A DNA stretch of 64,000 nucleotides from Octopus bimaculoides (Eukaryota): contig NC_068984.1 in the NCBI RefSeq assembly GCF_001194135.2, positions 103,457,085 through 103,521,084 of the forward strand, given 5' to 3'. The position numbers and the translations under genes are program-made. Below are positions 1 through 13,589 of this stretch, in pieces. Within the stretch, counting starts at the first letter, position 1; every line of letters starts with the position of its first letter. The notes beneath the pieces are model-generated. The model did not search any database and was not told the DNA's origin. It was given only the letters and a program-made list of their open reading frames with translations.

Positions 1-54
<54 letters not shown>
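1..54. repeat. (TG)n microsatellite
   Basis: Pure TG run at window start. Confidence 0.99.
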
Positions 55-55
<1 letters not shown>

Positions 56-132
56 ATTTATATATTGCTGGGGCTGGAAAACATTATAAACTGTTACTTT
101 GAATATAGATCCACACCAGTGGTTCTCTACCA

Positions 133-218
133 GGGTTCATGTGGCCCTTTGGGGTCCATGTGGCCCTTTAGGGTCCATGTGGCCTTTTGGGGTCCATGTG
201 GCTCTTTGGGGTCTATGT
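133..218. repeat. 19-bp tandem repeat (GGGTCCATGTGGCCCTTTG), about 4.5 copies
   Basis: Units start at 133, 152, 171, 190, 209. Confidence 0.95.
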
Positions 219-305
219 AAGATTTTGTTTTTAAAAATTTTTGCGCAATAAATAGGTTATGCTTCTGCAATATACAAATTATTTTAATAATTATTTTTAT
301 ACATA

Positions 306-468
306 GGAGCAGGAGTGGCTGTGTGGTAAGTAGCCTGCTTACCAGCCACATGCTTCTAGGTTCAGTCCCACTGTGTGTCACCTTGGGCAAGTGTCTTCTA
401 CTATAACCTCGGGCCGACCAAAGCCTTGTGAGTGGATTTGGTAGACGGAAACTAAAAGAAGCCCGTCG

Positions 469-515
<47 letters not shown>

Positions 516-730
516 NNNNNNNNNNTTTGTGTCTGTGTTTGTCCCCCAACATCGCTTGACAACCGATGTTGGTGTGTTTACGTCCCCGTAACTTAGTGGT
601 TCAGCAAAAGAGACCAATAGAATAAGTACTAGGCTTCCAAAGAATAAGTCCTGGGGTCGAGTTGCTCGACTAAAGGCGGTGCTCCAGCATGGCCGCAGTC
701 AAATGATTGAAACAAGTAAAAGAGTAAAAA
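306..730 (+). mobile_element. SINE family A (tRNA-like head, CORE-like CCTTGGGCAAGT domain, internal (TA)n(TG)n; OR2-like), near full length
   Basis: A box TGGCTGTGTGG, B-box-like GGTTCAGTCCC, CORE-like segment, tail ...TGAAACAAGTAAAAGA; many other copies in the window. Confidence 0.85.
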
Positions 731-1756
731 AGTATACAATTCCTAATAACATTTAATTACATTAAAAAAAGCAATAGGATTTTTGAACCATCGAATGCCT
801 AAGAGGGTCCATCTAAGTAAAATAGGAATTAAAGGGGTCTATAAGTAAAAAGTAGTTGAGAAACCCCAATATACATTACCAAGTCAGAGTTTGTCTAAAC
901 GGCAGCAACCAACAATACTCAAAAGCAGCAGCAGTTGTTGTTGTTGATGATGATAATGATGTTGCTGCTGTTGTGTTCATAAACTATAATTTGAAAGTTT
1001 TATAAACATCTAAGCTGAAACGAAACTTATGACCAAAAACAAAAGAAATATAGAAAATCAACAACAAACTAGAGATGTTGAGTGGAAAAGGGATTATTAT
1101 TGTTTAAGATGGAGACGGCTCCAATCTTTTAAACTAAAACAACATTAAAAAAAGCATATCAAGAACAATGTAATATTAAATTAAGAATATTTGCACTGAT
1201 TACAAACCAAATATTGACATGTTGTCATAATGAACTTTTCTTAGAGGGATTTTAGTTTTTGTCTCGACAGTAAAATATTTTATCCGCGAGAAGAATTCAA
1301 AATAAACAGAGAAACATAAACGAAATATAAAAATATTTGAAGAACAAAATCATGTAAGGAACAGCTATGGTGTCAAGAAATATTAGATGAAATCAAAGTT
1401 GAAACGACAGTTGATAGCAGGGTGAGTGAGGGGTGGAGGAAACGGTCGTTGGAATCATAACAAAGATTTATAAAAAATACTGTGTATATTAATGAAAAAA
1501 CAGATGAAAATGGATGCTATAATGGAAGTTGAAATTGATCTCTCCGACTAAGTAGAAACAAAAACCAACAATAACAATAACAAAAGGCTGTGGTAGGGGC
1601 AATGAAATCAACATTAGCAACAATAGCAACAACATTCACAACAGAATTTAAAAGGTAAAAAACTAAAGAACGATGGCGGTAACAACGATGCCAATACCTT
1701 CATTTTGTAACAAAGGAGACACTCCAACGACCCGAACGTTACGACGACAAACTTCA

Positions 1757-1883
1757 ACGTAGTAGTAGTAGTAGTAGTAGTAGCAGCAGCAGTAGCAAAA
1801 GCAGCAGCAGTAGCAGCCACAGCAGTAACAGCCGCAGCAGTAGCAGCTGCAGCAGTAGCAGCCGCAGCAGTAGCAACCGCTGC

Positions 1884-1946
<63 letters not shown>
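1757..1946. repeat. Compound (AGT)n/(AGC)n trinucleotide repeat
   Basis: Direct reading; produces the false poly-T/poly-A ORF 1614-1988. Confidence 0.97.
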
Positions 1947-2519
1947 CAAGGCAAGTGCACCAGAGGACTTACTGATTACCTCAGACATGCACTGGCCTGT
2001 TCTCTTCCCCCATCACCTTCCCATGCGCAAACATACACAAACTGCTTTCTTTACAAATATTACCTCTAAACCTGCTAAATCTCTTCAAAAGAGGAAAATC
2101 TTCGTTGGAATACATTTGCGGCTTATTATCAGAGAGGTCCATGTGGTGGGCTGGTAGAAATAGTTCACGATCCTACGTTATTTCCTACCTTTGCATTTGA
2201 GTTCAAATTCTATGGGTGGAGGTGTTTATCCTTCGTCAGCACAGAATCGATAAAATAACTTTCAGACCCATGATCTTTATCGATTCCCTATCTATAACTT
2301 TCTGACTGCGAGTCGACCAAAAGTTTCCTCAAACTACACCCGACTGTTGAAAAATCAGGACACGTTTGAGGATTGTAGTCCAAGGTACACGGAACCTGAA
2401 TAAAAGACAAGATGGCTCCGGCTATATTGACTTTGATCACAGAGTTTAAAAAAATAGCTGCAGTAACAAGTTCATGTCTTTGTGCCAAACTTAGAAATTG
2501 TTATTATTGGAACGATACT

Positions 2520-2745
2520 TAAGGTGGCGAGCTGGCAGACTCGTTAGCACGTTGGACGAAATGCTTAACGGTATTTCCTCCGACGTTACATTCTGAGTTC
2601 AAATTCCACCGAAGTCGGCTTTGCCCTTCATCTTTTCGGAGTCGATAAATTAAGTACAAGTGAAACACTGGGGCTGATGTAATCGACTAGTCCCCTCCTC
2701 ACAAATTTGAGGCTCTGTGTCTCCAGTAGAAACGATTATTAGAAC
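2520..2745 (+). mobile_element. SINE family B (head AAGGCGGCGAGCTGGCAGAATCGTTAGC, B box GAGTTCAAATTCC)
   Basis: Matches the many other family-B copies in the window; a partial copy follows at about 2815-2965. Confidence 0.85.
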
Positions 2746-3021
2746 GATACTTCAACATTATTGGGCAATCCAGTTTACCAGTTGTGTTATAGGTGTTATA
2801 TTATTTCAAACATTAGCTGTTTTCAAATTCCACCGAGTGGATTTTACCTTTTATTTCATTCTTCCGGAGTCGATAAGATAAATACAAGTCAAGCACTGGC
2901 GTTGATGTGATCGACAAGCTACGTCCTAAAAATGTCAGCCTTGTGCCTATAATAGAAAGAACTATTATCAATCCTGTCAACCAGCTGTATTATGGGTGCT
3001 ATATTATTTCAACATTAAGCG

Positions 3022-3290
3022 TGAAGGGTGCATGGCTTAGTGATTAGAGTGTTGCAATCACGAGATCGTGGTTTCAATTCCTGAACCGGGTGATGAGTTG
3101 TGTTGTTGAACAAAACGCTTCATTTTACGTTGCTCTGCGGTCACTTCAACATCTGATGTGTGATGCGCCGCGCACCATTTCAGGTAATGTCGATTTTTAT
3201 GGAGGGAGTGAGCTAATGTGCAGCACATGCATTTGATCACGATAAACAAATCATTTGTGCTGGTTGTTCAGCAACAAATTACAGAACCGT
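3022..3290 (+). mobile_element. SINE family C (tRNA-like head GCATGGCTTAGTGATTAGAG...TTTCAATTCC)
   Basis: Similar to copies at 21965, 28329 and 35215 (minus). Confidence 0.7.
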
Positions 3291-4039
3291 CTTTCTCGGG
3301 CTACGAAAGATTTACCAATATTACTGGTTTCGAATTTTAGTACAAGACCAGCGATTTCGAGGGAGTGAGCTTATAGAATACGTCGACCCCAGCGCACAAC
3401 TGATACTTCAGTGGAATTTGAACTGATAACGTAAAGTCGGACGAAATGCCACTGAGCATTTAGCTCGGCGTGCTCACGTTTCTACCAGCTCACCGACAAC
3501 ATTATCGTCAGCGAGGAATGTTATTGCTGTCATATTATTTCAACATTTTTATCAACTTCGTCAACGATCTGTGTTTTGGACGTCATACTATTCCAAATTA
3601 TTATAAATCCAATAAACCAGCTGCACTGTTAGTGTTTTATCTATTCACGAGTATGATTTTATCTCGGACGGTGTAATTCACTGCAAACACTATAGTACAT
3701 TGCAGCTGACATATCTTCGCTGACAGGCTGTCTTGTACTTTTATCCACTTATACCTCTCCATTTCATGCAGGGTTGCATTAACCATTAAGCAAAATGGGC
3801 ACGTGCATGAGGCCCCACAAGGAGACACTATTTTTTTCTCTCTTTCTTTTCTTTTTTTTTTCTTTTTTTGGTTTATCATAATATAAAAGCTAAAAAGAAT
3901 AATAAAACAGTGTTGAAAACCTGCATTTTCTCCTATTACCCTTGTTCTAAAAGAATAGTTTACTTAAATTTGCTTACATCTATTTCGTGTTAAATACTAT
4001 TTTTACAATTAAATGATACAAAAAAAGGCTCTATTTAAT

Positions 4040-4320
4040 ATAGTTGCTAGTCTGATCTAGGAGATGGCCAAGGAAGCTGTCCTAGGAGATGGCCAAGGAA
4101 GCTGTCCTTGGAGATGGTGGAAATCTGAATTAGTTCACAGTCAGCCTCCTACTATGTTTTAATTTCTTGAGAGAAAATAGAAAGCTCGAGATGACGCACC
4201 ATTGTTGCGGTGTTTAAGGTAACAGTTGTTCTTCATCTAACTCTGGCCTCAAAACTTCGGTTCTTCCAGTAAGTGAGGCTACCATCGTCAATGAGGAAGG
4301 GAAAAGAGCGAAGGATACCT
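4040..4320 (-). mobile_element. Possible decayed CR1/Jockey-type LINE ORF2 3' remnant, with a 25-bp tandem duplication at 4057-4117
   Basis: Minus-strand LKHRNNGASSRAFY and PRTASL resemble the HRRNVASLSLFY and FPRTASLWN motifs; many stops. Confidence 0.35.
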
Positions 4321-5347
4321 GACTAACTGCTGCTGCTACTACTGCTGCTGGCTAATCTTGAGTGAAAAAACTTGTGATCAGAGATAACCCGGTCGTAGCT
4401 AATCCTTCTTCTATTCAGATACAATGTACCTAAACCTACATTTCTACTGTGTTCCGTTTTATAAGACGATGACATGTGATTTAAGAGAGATTTGGCTGCT
4501 ATATCGAGCAACGCGAGTGACTGCGAAGAAGCTTCCAAGAAGAAGAAAGCAGTGCACCGAGATATCTTAGATTGTAGATCTGGTCTGTATGCTTCCAACA
4601 GAATGGACTAGTCCATGATGGTGTTAAATGGGGTGACGGATGAAGTTTACCACCTCAGAACAAGTTCATGAACGGGCTTTCACAGTTTCCATCTCACCTG
4701 TTTCATTACAAGTCTTATACTGACCCGAGGCTATGGAAAAAAAAACACTTACCTAAGAATCCGTACAATGGGTTCGAACTAGGAACCATGTGATTGCTAT
4801 GCGAACATCTTAACGACACAGCCATACGATTGTAGAAACATCTCTATTTTCCGTCTACTTAATTTTCACATAAATTATAGAAATAAACGCTAGCCTTATG
4901 AATCATTACGATAAGTGTAGAATATTTATGAAGTTCAATTCTTCGAATTGTTTTGGCTGCTAACGTCTCGACATCAATCTGAAAGAGGAACTGATTTCAA
5001 CTGGTAAACTGCTTCCAATAGATAACCAATTGTTGGAAATAGTTATTCTTGGATGTGTTTGAAATTCCTCATTCAAATATACAAAACAGGAAGCCTTAAG
5101 AAACAATTATTCCCATTATCACACGCTGGCATGTGAATACTGAATACATTAACGCAACATTGTTGCTTAGAAACAGAAATTCTTTGGAATCAATGATGTA
5201 GTTGACTAAGTCAAGCCAAAACTTGTTTGATACTTTGTTTTATAGAAAGGGTTTCGATAAGCATCATTAGCTACTTTAACGTTCTATACCGCCATCCTCC
5301 AGTCTTTTTAAATCTAAATTACTATGTCCAGAATGTGGTATGTCTTA

Positions 5348-5553
5348 TATTTGTTTCATTTATTGAACTGCGACCATACTTAGGCATCGTTTCGAAGGAT
5401 TTAGTGGAACAAAACGAACGTAATTCTGTGTTCTTCTTCTTCTTCTTCCTCTTAGTCTGGTATTTACCCTATCAAACTTTTCTGTCAAACCGCTACATTA
5501 CGGAGACCTAAAAAAACTAACACCGGTTGTCAAGCAGTAGGAAGAGACAAACA

Positions 5554-5560
<7 letters not shown>
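5348..5560 (-). mobile_element. SINE family A, 3' half, running into (CA)n and a gap
   Basis: Reverse complement of the family A tail. Confidence 0.7.
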
Positions 5561-5607
<47 letters not shown>

Positions 5608-6682
5608 NNNNNNNNNNNNNNNNNNNNNNNNNNNNNNNNNNNNNNNNNNNNNNNNNNNNNNNNNNNNNNNNNNNNNNNNNNNNNNNNNNNNNNNNNNNNN
5701 NNNNNNNNNNNNNNNNNNNNNNNNNNNNNNNNNNNNNNNNNNNNNNNNNNNNNNNNNNNNNNNNNNNNNNNNNNNNNNNNNNNNNNNNNNNNNNNNNNNN
5801 NNNNNNNNNNNNNNNNNNNNNNNNNNNNNNNNNNNNNNNNNNNNNNNNNNNNNNNNNNNNNNNNNNNNNNNNNNNNNNNNNNNNNNNNNNNNNNNNNNNN
5901 NNNNNNNNNNNNNNNNNNNNNNNNNNNNNNNNNNNNNNNNNNNNNNNNNNNNNNNNNNNNNNNNNNNNNNNNNNNNNNNNNNNNNNNNNNNNNNNNNNNN
6001 NNNNNNNNNNNNNNNNNNNNNNNNNNNNNNNNNNNNNNNNNNNNNNNNNNNNNNNNNNNNNNNNNNNNNNNNNNNNNNNNNNNNNNNNNNNNNNNNNNNN
6101 NNNNNNNNNNNNNNNNNNNNNNNNNNNNNNNNNNNNNNNNNATATATCTGACTACCTCCTTTTTCTTAATATACAAAACCTGTACATCCCTTCAAACAAT
6201 GTCTATATATTATATATTATATAATAATAACTGCCTCTTTTCCTATATATATATATATACATACATAAATATATACACGCGCGTGTGCACACTCACATAC
6301 TCGCGCGCGCGTGAACACACACGCACACACACACACTAACTCACTCACATACACACTCCTTTTCTACTTTTATCTACATTTCTCAAAGAAAAATATGCCT
6401 GTGGAATGTTGAATATTTTATTTCTTTTATCACAAATTAAAGAAATAAAGAAAGACAAAAAGAAAATAAAGAAGGAAGGAAGCAAAAGAAGCAAACAAAC
6501 AAAATCACAGAAATCCAGCACTGTTGACAAAAATGTTACCATTTTCATCTCTAATTTCATTTTAAGATGGCGGCTATATTCGGGGCGTTTCTGTGTTTGC
6601 CGTCTGGTTTGTTTGTCTTTTGTTATTGTGGCGGTTATTTACAATCCTAAATTAATGATAACTACATTGACAACAACTAATA

Positions 6683-6684
6683 GC

Positions 6685-6776
<92 letters not shown>

Positions 6777-6790
6777 ATAGTAGTAGTAGC
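6683..6790. repeat. (TAG)n microsatellite
   Basis: Direct reading. Confidence 0.98.
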
Positions 6791-6990
6791 AGCATGTGAG
6801 TCAAAATGACCTGACTCACTAAATATGTATTTATCTGTATATTTATTTTTTTGTTTTACTACGGTTCCTATTTCGTGTGTGTGTGCATGTGTATGTGTGT
6901 GCATGTGAGCATGTGTGTATGTGAGTGTGTCTGAGTTTTTGTGTGTGCGTGTGTGTTTATAGGTGATGTGATGCGTTTAGAGCAGTAATG

Positions 6991-7050
<60 letters not shown>

Positions 7051-7799
7051 NNNNNNNNNNNNNNNNNNNNNNNNNNNNNNNNNNNNNNNNNNNNNNNNNN
7101 NNNNNNNNNNNNNNNNNNNNNNNNNNNNNNNNNNNNNNNNNNNNNNNNNNNNNNNNNNNNNNNNNNNNNNNNNNNNNNNNNNNNNNNNNNNNNNNNGGTG
7201 GTGGTGGTGGTGGTGGTGGTGGTTCAGCCCTATGTCTGTCCTGATGGGCAGTTTTATGATGATGAAAAGCATTCCACGCCATGACCACGCTTGTCCTTCT
7301 CTCGAGCCTTGTGTATCAAGGAGTACCTTTTCCAGACGGCGCAGTGTAATCTAAGTGAAATTACCTGCTATTTCTTGTAGGCCAAGCTACTACGTTAAAG
7401 CACCACCTGCCAAAACACTTATTAGTTGAGGACAAGTGTATCGTGAGTCTCCGATTGGTTACAGCTCAATGTTTATAAGATCATATTCTGAACTGAGAAG
7501 CATCCTAATGAGTAAGTATTCCCTATAAGTATAGAATTCTTTGTTCACCAAGACCTCTCTCGGAGCTACGTACAGTATCTTGATATTTTGTACTTCCATG
7601 CTAATTTGACAGGGAGGGGATCTTGGCGTAGTCATGAATTCTAGAGACACCGTTTTAAGGCCCATCCAGGTGAATATAATCTGGCATTTATTAACTACTC
7701 CCCCACTGTCTTGTAACTAAATGCAGGAAGGTAAAAACCTACAGAGGTGTGTCCAGATAGAAAATCAAGCTTTGCGGGTCAACCAGAGGTGGATGTAGG

Positions 7800-8420
7800 T
7801 TAGGATTGGATTTCTCTCAGGCCGCAGCAATTTTGAGAAGGCACTGGTCGTCTCGGCTCTTCCCTTCATAGTGAAGTTAGATGCTCGAAAAAAGCTCAAT
7901 GCTAATATACAGCTTCATTGTGTAAATATCCTGCCACGTAAATTTTAGATCGCTACCAAGTCTGGCAACAGAAGTAGGTTAGAAAGTGATGGAAGTTTCT
8001 AGTCAGAACTCAACAGGTCAGAGGCAAAGGATATCAGTCGTTAGCAGATAGTATTGAATGGAAACCGCCAACTCCTGAGATACTAGGGATATCGCTGCTT
8101 CCTTCAATCGATGCCTAAAAATCATTCACTCTGTTTAGTTATTAACTAAAATCATTCACTTTTTTTCAGTTATTAGCTAAAACATCTACCTCCCATGGCA
8201 TACAACACAGAAGACGTAACAGAAACATAATGTACTGCTCAGGCTTCTACCATGGAATATCGAATACTGTTTGGTGATGGTAAATCAACCCTAGCCTTCG
8301 AACATCTCCCATAGTTAGAAAGCTGAGACGCTACAACGCTCATACAGCTTACTCAATAACAGTAGGAACTGGTTCTTTTAATGAAGATGGTGGCTAGACA
8401 TCATCAACATAGCGTTGGCT
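7800..8420 (+). mobile_element. Possible decayed CR1/Jockey-type LINE RT remnant
   Basis: Scattered motifs VLNG, EILGISL, IQHRR...FYHG in different frames; weak. Confidence 0.35.
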
Positions 8421-8726
8421 TTGCTGTGATGATCACTCTACTGCCTAAACTGAGACACAGGTTGACATCTATGTGTGGCTAATGTCACTTTATATTCTTC
8501 TTGCTTGCATGTTAACGAGTGCCTTTGATAGAGATTTTGCCATCTGATAGAACAAAAACTGCTTCTGTCAGATATTAAATCTAAAAACAAGACAAAGTCA
8601 TCCTGACGAGTGATATAAATGAATGGCAACACATTTGTATCTCTAAGTACGACCTCACTATCTTTCAGCATAAAAAATAGATACAAGATTTTATGGATAA
8701 ATTAGATACAAACACTGGATCTTATA

Positions 8727-9540
8727 CAGGTATCGAACCTCTTATCCGGAATCCAGAAATCCGGCTATTTTTGAAACTGGCTAGCTTTGAATTTCGCAGG
8801 CTGTAGTAGTTCGCCGCGAGGCCGCTTTGTTTTTGTTTCCGTGGTATATGCGTCACACGACGCCAGTTCTTGTGTGACTGCTGCTGTGTGGACGCCCTTT
8901 CTTACAGCTAAGTAGTTATTTGTCTTAATTTATAATTTTTAGTTATTACCATGCCGAAAAAGCTAGCATAAGGGCAGCTTGCTAGCGGAAACCCGAAAAG
9001 AAAACATTTAACGCTCAGCATAGCGAAGAAAGTAGAGTTACTTAAGAGACTCGATAAAGGTGCTTCAACACGGATTTTGAGTGAGGAATATGGTGTTAGT
9101 ATTTCTACTGTCTATGATATCAAGAAACAGAAAGAACGGATACTTAAATTTTACAGTGACAGTGAAGTGCCTAAATTAATGGACAAACGAGAAACTTTAC
9201 ATCGGTCGTAGACTGCTGACGTGGACATGGTGTTTTTCAGTGGACTAATAAAGATCAAACATACTTTGCTTCAAAAGTGTATTATTTTGTACCTGTATCT
9301 CTTAAATAAAATTATGTTCTTTTCTTCACTTTTTATTTTTTTCATCCTATGCGCGGTACAGTATAATATATACAGTATTTTAAGAGTTATCAGAATTTTA
9401 AGTGGCTTAATAGCGATCAAACAGACCCTGCTTTAGAAATGTATTAATTTGTACATGTTATACAATCTTGTTCTTTATTTTAGTTGTTTATTTTATATTT
9501 TCGGTATACTACACGTTGTTTATGTGAGTAGACCTCAAGG
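8727..9540 (+). mobile_element. Tigger/pogo (CENP-B/Jerky-like) transposon, 5' portion, disrupted
   Basis: TA|CAGGTATCGAACCTC left end; from ATG 8951 reads MPKKLA*...KRKHLTLSIAKKVELLKRLDKGASTRILSEEYGVSISTVYDIKKQKERIL (psq/CENP-B-type HTH); right TIR not seen. Confidence 0.85.
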
Positions 9541-9559
9541 ATATTTTATTTATCTGTGC

Positions 9560-10850
9560 AGTGAAGAGAGTTGAGTGTTGGGGCAGACGAAATTAAGATA
9601 CTGACAAAAATCAGATTGTATGTGTAGCTATTGCAACGTTGAAAAGCACCAAACATCAACTGCTGTAAGATCGATAGTTCTGATACGGTTGATGAAAACA
9701 GAGTATACGAGAGAAAAACAATTAGCAATGGTTCGATGAGAACTTCAGCACAATTGGAAGACTCATGAAGGACTTGTTGAAGTCTCATAGAGCAAGTCTG
9801 CATAATCACACACTATAAAAATGTAATGGCGAATTCTTCATGTCCCAAAAGAAATGAAGTATGGCTTGCAAAAGCGCGAGAAATCCAGATGCAAGCAGAT
9901 AGACATGGTATGCACAATTCATATGTTGCTATAAATATTTTCTGTAGCCGTAGACATAATTCCACAACACCAGTCCGTTCATCGGTCTGAAAAGTTCTGC
10001 TGAAAGAACAGACAGCAATAAAGCCGGTGTTAATAGCCAACTTCTAAACTAGATTCTCTCAACTTTATTAGGGAATTTTGAAGAGTTACCGACCTTTGCC
10101 GAGGTAAGTTTTGCCATGAAAATGTTGAAAAAACAAAGAATTTACACAGTACAGCCTTCCAGCAGAGATCTTAAGGAGGTCAATTACCTCTATACCGAGT
10201 GTTAGTTACCTTTACGCAGGATATTACTAAGTCACATAGACGTTGAACTAGGAGTACATACCTCAGGATTGAAAAGGTGACAGAAAACAAGGGAGACAGA
10301 TCTGTTTACTCAAATGAATATTGGTTTCAAACTTTGGCACAAAGCCAAAGATTTTGGGAGTGGGGTAAGTCGATTACAGGTACTTATTTTATTGAAATTG
10401 AAAGGATGAAAGACAAAGTCGACTTCGGCGGCATTTGAACTCAGAACGTAAAGACGGACGAAAGGCGGCTAATCATTTTGTCCGGTATGCAAACGATTCG
10501 GCCAGCTCGTCGCTTTATTCAAATAAATATTTAGGTTACAACACTTACCTTCATTACCGGGAAAAGACTAGTTCAATCAGCATCAAAGCCCTACTAGAGT
10601 CGGGCTTTGACAGTGGCCGAAACTCAGCTGAAGTGATCTTTACAAGCCAGCTTCATGTTAAGTGAAAGAACATTGAAACGTGTTCACTGGATTTGTGGAT
10701 CTATCAAAGACTTCTGATACCATAAACGGTTGTAGGGGAGGTACTCTTGTGAGTTGTTCCAAAGTTTTGTTGCTCATCCAAATTTGTGAATCCCTCTCGC
10801 TACTGTCGTACAAGGATGACATTTCGCATTGTGATGAGAGTGAGGCTGTG
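9560..10850 (+). mobile_element. Decayed RTE (BovB-like) LINE ORF2, interrupted by a family-B SINE
   Basis: WFDEN; WLAKAREIQMQADRH; PTFAEVSFAMKML; ESGFDSGRNSAEVIFT; FVDLSKTSDTIN in the expected RTE ORF2 order, with stops and frameshifts. Confidence 0.85.
10321..10516 (-). mobile_element. SINE family B nested in the RTE remnant
   Basis: Reverse complement of family B head and body. Confidence 0.85.
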
Positions 10851-11650
10851 AATGAACGGGTGACCTAATGGTAGGAGAAATGAGTGATAAACAAGTAACT
10901 GAGTAACTGTGAGTGACAGTGGCTGAGTGATTGAGTGGAAGTAGCAACAAGCAAATCTAAAATATAAAATCAATAGCGATGTATTATTTAATCTTTTACA
11001 TTATAATTACGGGGACATCAACACAATAGTGGTGTTGATGGTGATGGTGGTGGTGGTGGTGGTGGGTGGTGATGAGTGGTGAATGGTTGTGAGTAGTGGG
11101 AGGTTGTGAGTGGTAAGAGATTGTGAGTTGTGGTAGTGGTTGTGGTGGTGGTGGTGGTAGTGTGATGATGGTGGTGGTGGTAGTGGTAGTGATGGTAGCA
11201 GTAGGGGAGAAAATAACCAACGCGGGTTAAAGTAGTAGTAGTAGTNNNNNNNNNNNNNNNNNNNNNNNNNNNNNNNNNNNNNNNNNNNNNNNNNNNNNNN
11301 NNNNNNNNNNNNNNNNNNNNNNNNNNNNNNNNNNNNNNNNNNNNNNNNNNNNNNNNNNNNNNNNNNNNNNNNNNNNNNNNNNNNNNNNNNNNNNNNNNNN
11401 NNNNNNNNNNNNNNNNNNNNNNNNNNNNNNNNNNNNNNNNNNNNNNNNNNNNNNNNNNNNNNNNNNNNNNNNNNNNNNNNNNNNNNNNNNNNNNNNNNNN
11501 NNNNNNNNNNNNNNNNNNNNNNNNNNNNNNNNNNNNNNNNNNNNNNNNNNNNNNNNNNNNNNNNNNNNNNNNNNNNNNNNNNNNNNNNNNNNNNNNNNNN
11601 NNNNNNNNNNNNNNNNNNNNNNNNNNNNNNNNNNNNNNNNNNNNNNNNNN

Positions 11651-11720
<70 letters not shown>

Positions 11721-12928
11721 CAGCAGCAGCAGCAGCAGCAACTAGCCTGGTTGAAATTAAGTTTCGTATTAGGGAATAATTAAATGACAGTTCCCCCAAA
11801 GGTCCGAACGAATGAATTTAAACAGCACGACAACAGCACAAAAAAAAACAAAAAAACGAAAGAAAGAAAGAACAGAAAACTTAGCTGGATATAATTGTTG
11901 GATCAAATATTCGCCTGGAACCAGCAATGACACATCCATTAAAGAATGTAGCCCCCATCAACCTCTCCGAGCGTCAACCCACTAACCCAAGCCCCCTACA
12001 TTTAACCTCTTCGTTAAACTTTACATACCAATCTTCACCACATCAGCAGCCAACGGTATTAACAACAGACATCGATCCATCTGACAAAGAACAAATACGC
12101 ATATACACACACACACACGCACGCACGCATACACACACGCACACACACACTCACGCGCGCGCGCGCACAACCATACACATACGCATTTACACACACGCAT
12201 ACGCACGCTTACATATGTACGCAGTAGTACGGCGGGAAATGCATTCATAGACATTTGTACGAAGAAGCGTTCATACGCTTCGACAGACCTTTTCTACAAT
12301 ATTCCCCTCATCTTTCTCTCCTTCTCCTCCCACATTGGTCGTCATTATACATTTTCCATTCATTCTTCATTGTCAACTCGTTCACACGCCATACTCGTAC
12401 ATACATACATATTATTCACAAACACATACGGCCATGCAAGCACGCCTAAATAAATGCACTCGCGTTCTCTATTAAGATTTGTTCGCTTTTATTGCCGTGT
12501 TGCTGTTTTAAATTCTTCCTTCTCAGCCGCTGTTTGCCTTCCTTTCTTTCCTTACATTAAAAATCCTTCATGTTTTAAAGAAAAACAGTGACAACATAAG
12601 TTAATCGTGACACACCCATACAGAGAAACGGATGAGAGAGAGGGAGATGACGATAGCAAGGGCTGCTGTATAGCTTGGGGTTGGAACAGACAACCACAAT
12701 AGTAATGGTTGCTACAGGAAACTTGGTGATTATCCTATAATGCTCGATGTTAAATAAATCAAGAATCGGAACAAACATAGGATACTCGTCATTGTCCGAT
12801 CTGTTAGAAATAGCATCCAAATCTGCTTCAAAGCACACAATACGTTTAAAAAACATGAGCGGCAGCATTAAATGTTGGTTAATGTAGTTCATAGATACAA
12901 CAGGTCTAGAGAGACAAATAATAATAAT

Positions 12929-13260
12929 AAAGACCTGGAAATAGATGTACCTCGAATGTGGAATCTAAAAACAGAAACAATTCCTATCATAGTAGGCGCC
13001 TTAGGTATAATAAAAAAATATTCAGACAAATACATAACAAAAACACCAGGACTTACAAATATATAGAACATACAGAAAATTGCACTACCGGGCACTGCAC
13101 ACATCCTACGCAAAACACTTTCAATACAGTAACCATAAGAGCATCACAGCAAACCACAGCACATACCCAAGGCACACAGAGCTGCGCTCGGTAGTGAAGT
13201 GAAAGCACGTTATAAAAATAAAACTACTGAACAATAATAATAATAATAATAATGATGATG
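12929..13260 (+). mobile_element. 5'-truncated RLE-type (R4/Dong/NeSL-like) LINE 3' end with (AAT)n tail
   Basis: KDLEIDVPRMWNLKTETIPIIVGALG...IQKIALPGTAHILRKTLS*, 3' UTR, then (AAT)n; (AAT)n also on the 5' side. Confidence 0.9.
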
Positions 13261-13589
13261 ATGATGATTTCATTTATATACCACCAGGGCGAAGGATGAG
13301 GAGGAACAATACAAACACAGACATAAAATGTGGTGGTTTACATATAATGCAATGATAAAATAATTAAATAAGTAACAAAAAAAATGCTTTCTTTATTGAC
13401 CACAAGGACCGAACACAAAACAAAGAAGGGCAATACAACACAAGGGACAGTAGGGTCGTGTTCAAAAGAAATAACAATAACAAAATTAATAACAACAACA
13501 ACAACAACAATAATAATAATAATAATAATAATGATAATAACTCGAAACTAAACGACATCTAATAATACCACACAGTAGTAGGAGCAAAC

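Larger units (their letters stand above)
117..868. mobile_element. Decayed hAT-like non-autonomous element interrupted by a SINE
   Basis: Left end CAGTGGTTCTCTACC and right end AGTTGAGAAACCCCA resemble hAT-type TIRs; internal GGGTCCAT motifs near both ends; 8-bp TSD only degenerate. Confidence 0.5.

Noticed and set aside
2420-2480. EF-hand-like peptide QDGSGYIDFD
   Set aside because: Needs a frameshift to reach the conserved Glu, lacks the first Asp and has no flanking helices or splice signals; likely chance
6564-6650. AAGATGGCGGC (YY1/start-like) motif
   Set aside because: Leads to a 27-codon ORF with no supporting promoter or splice context
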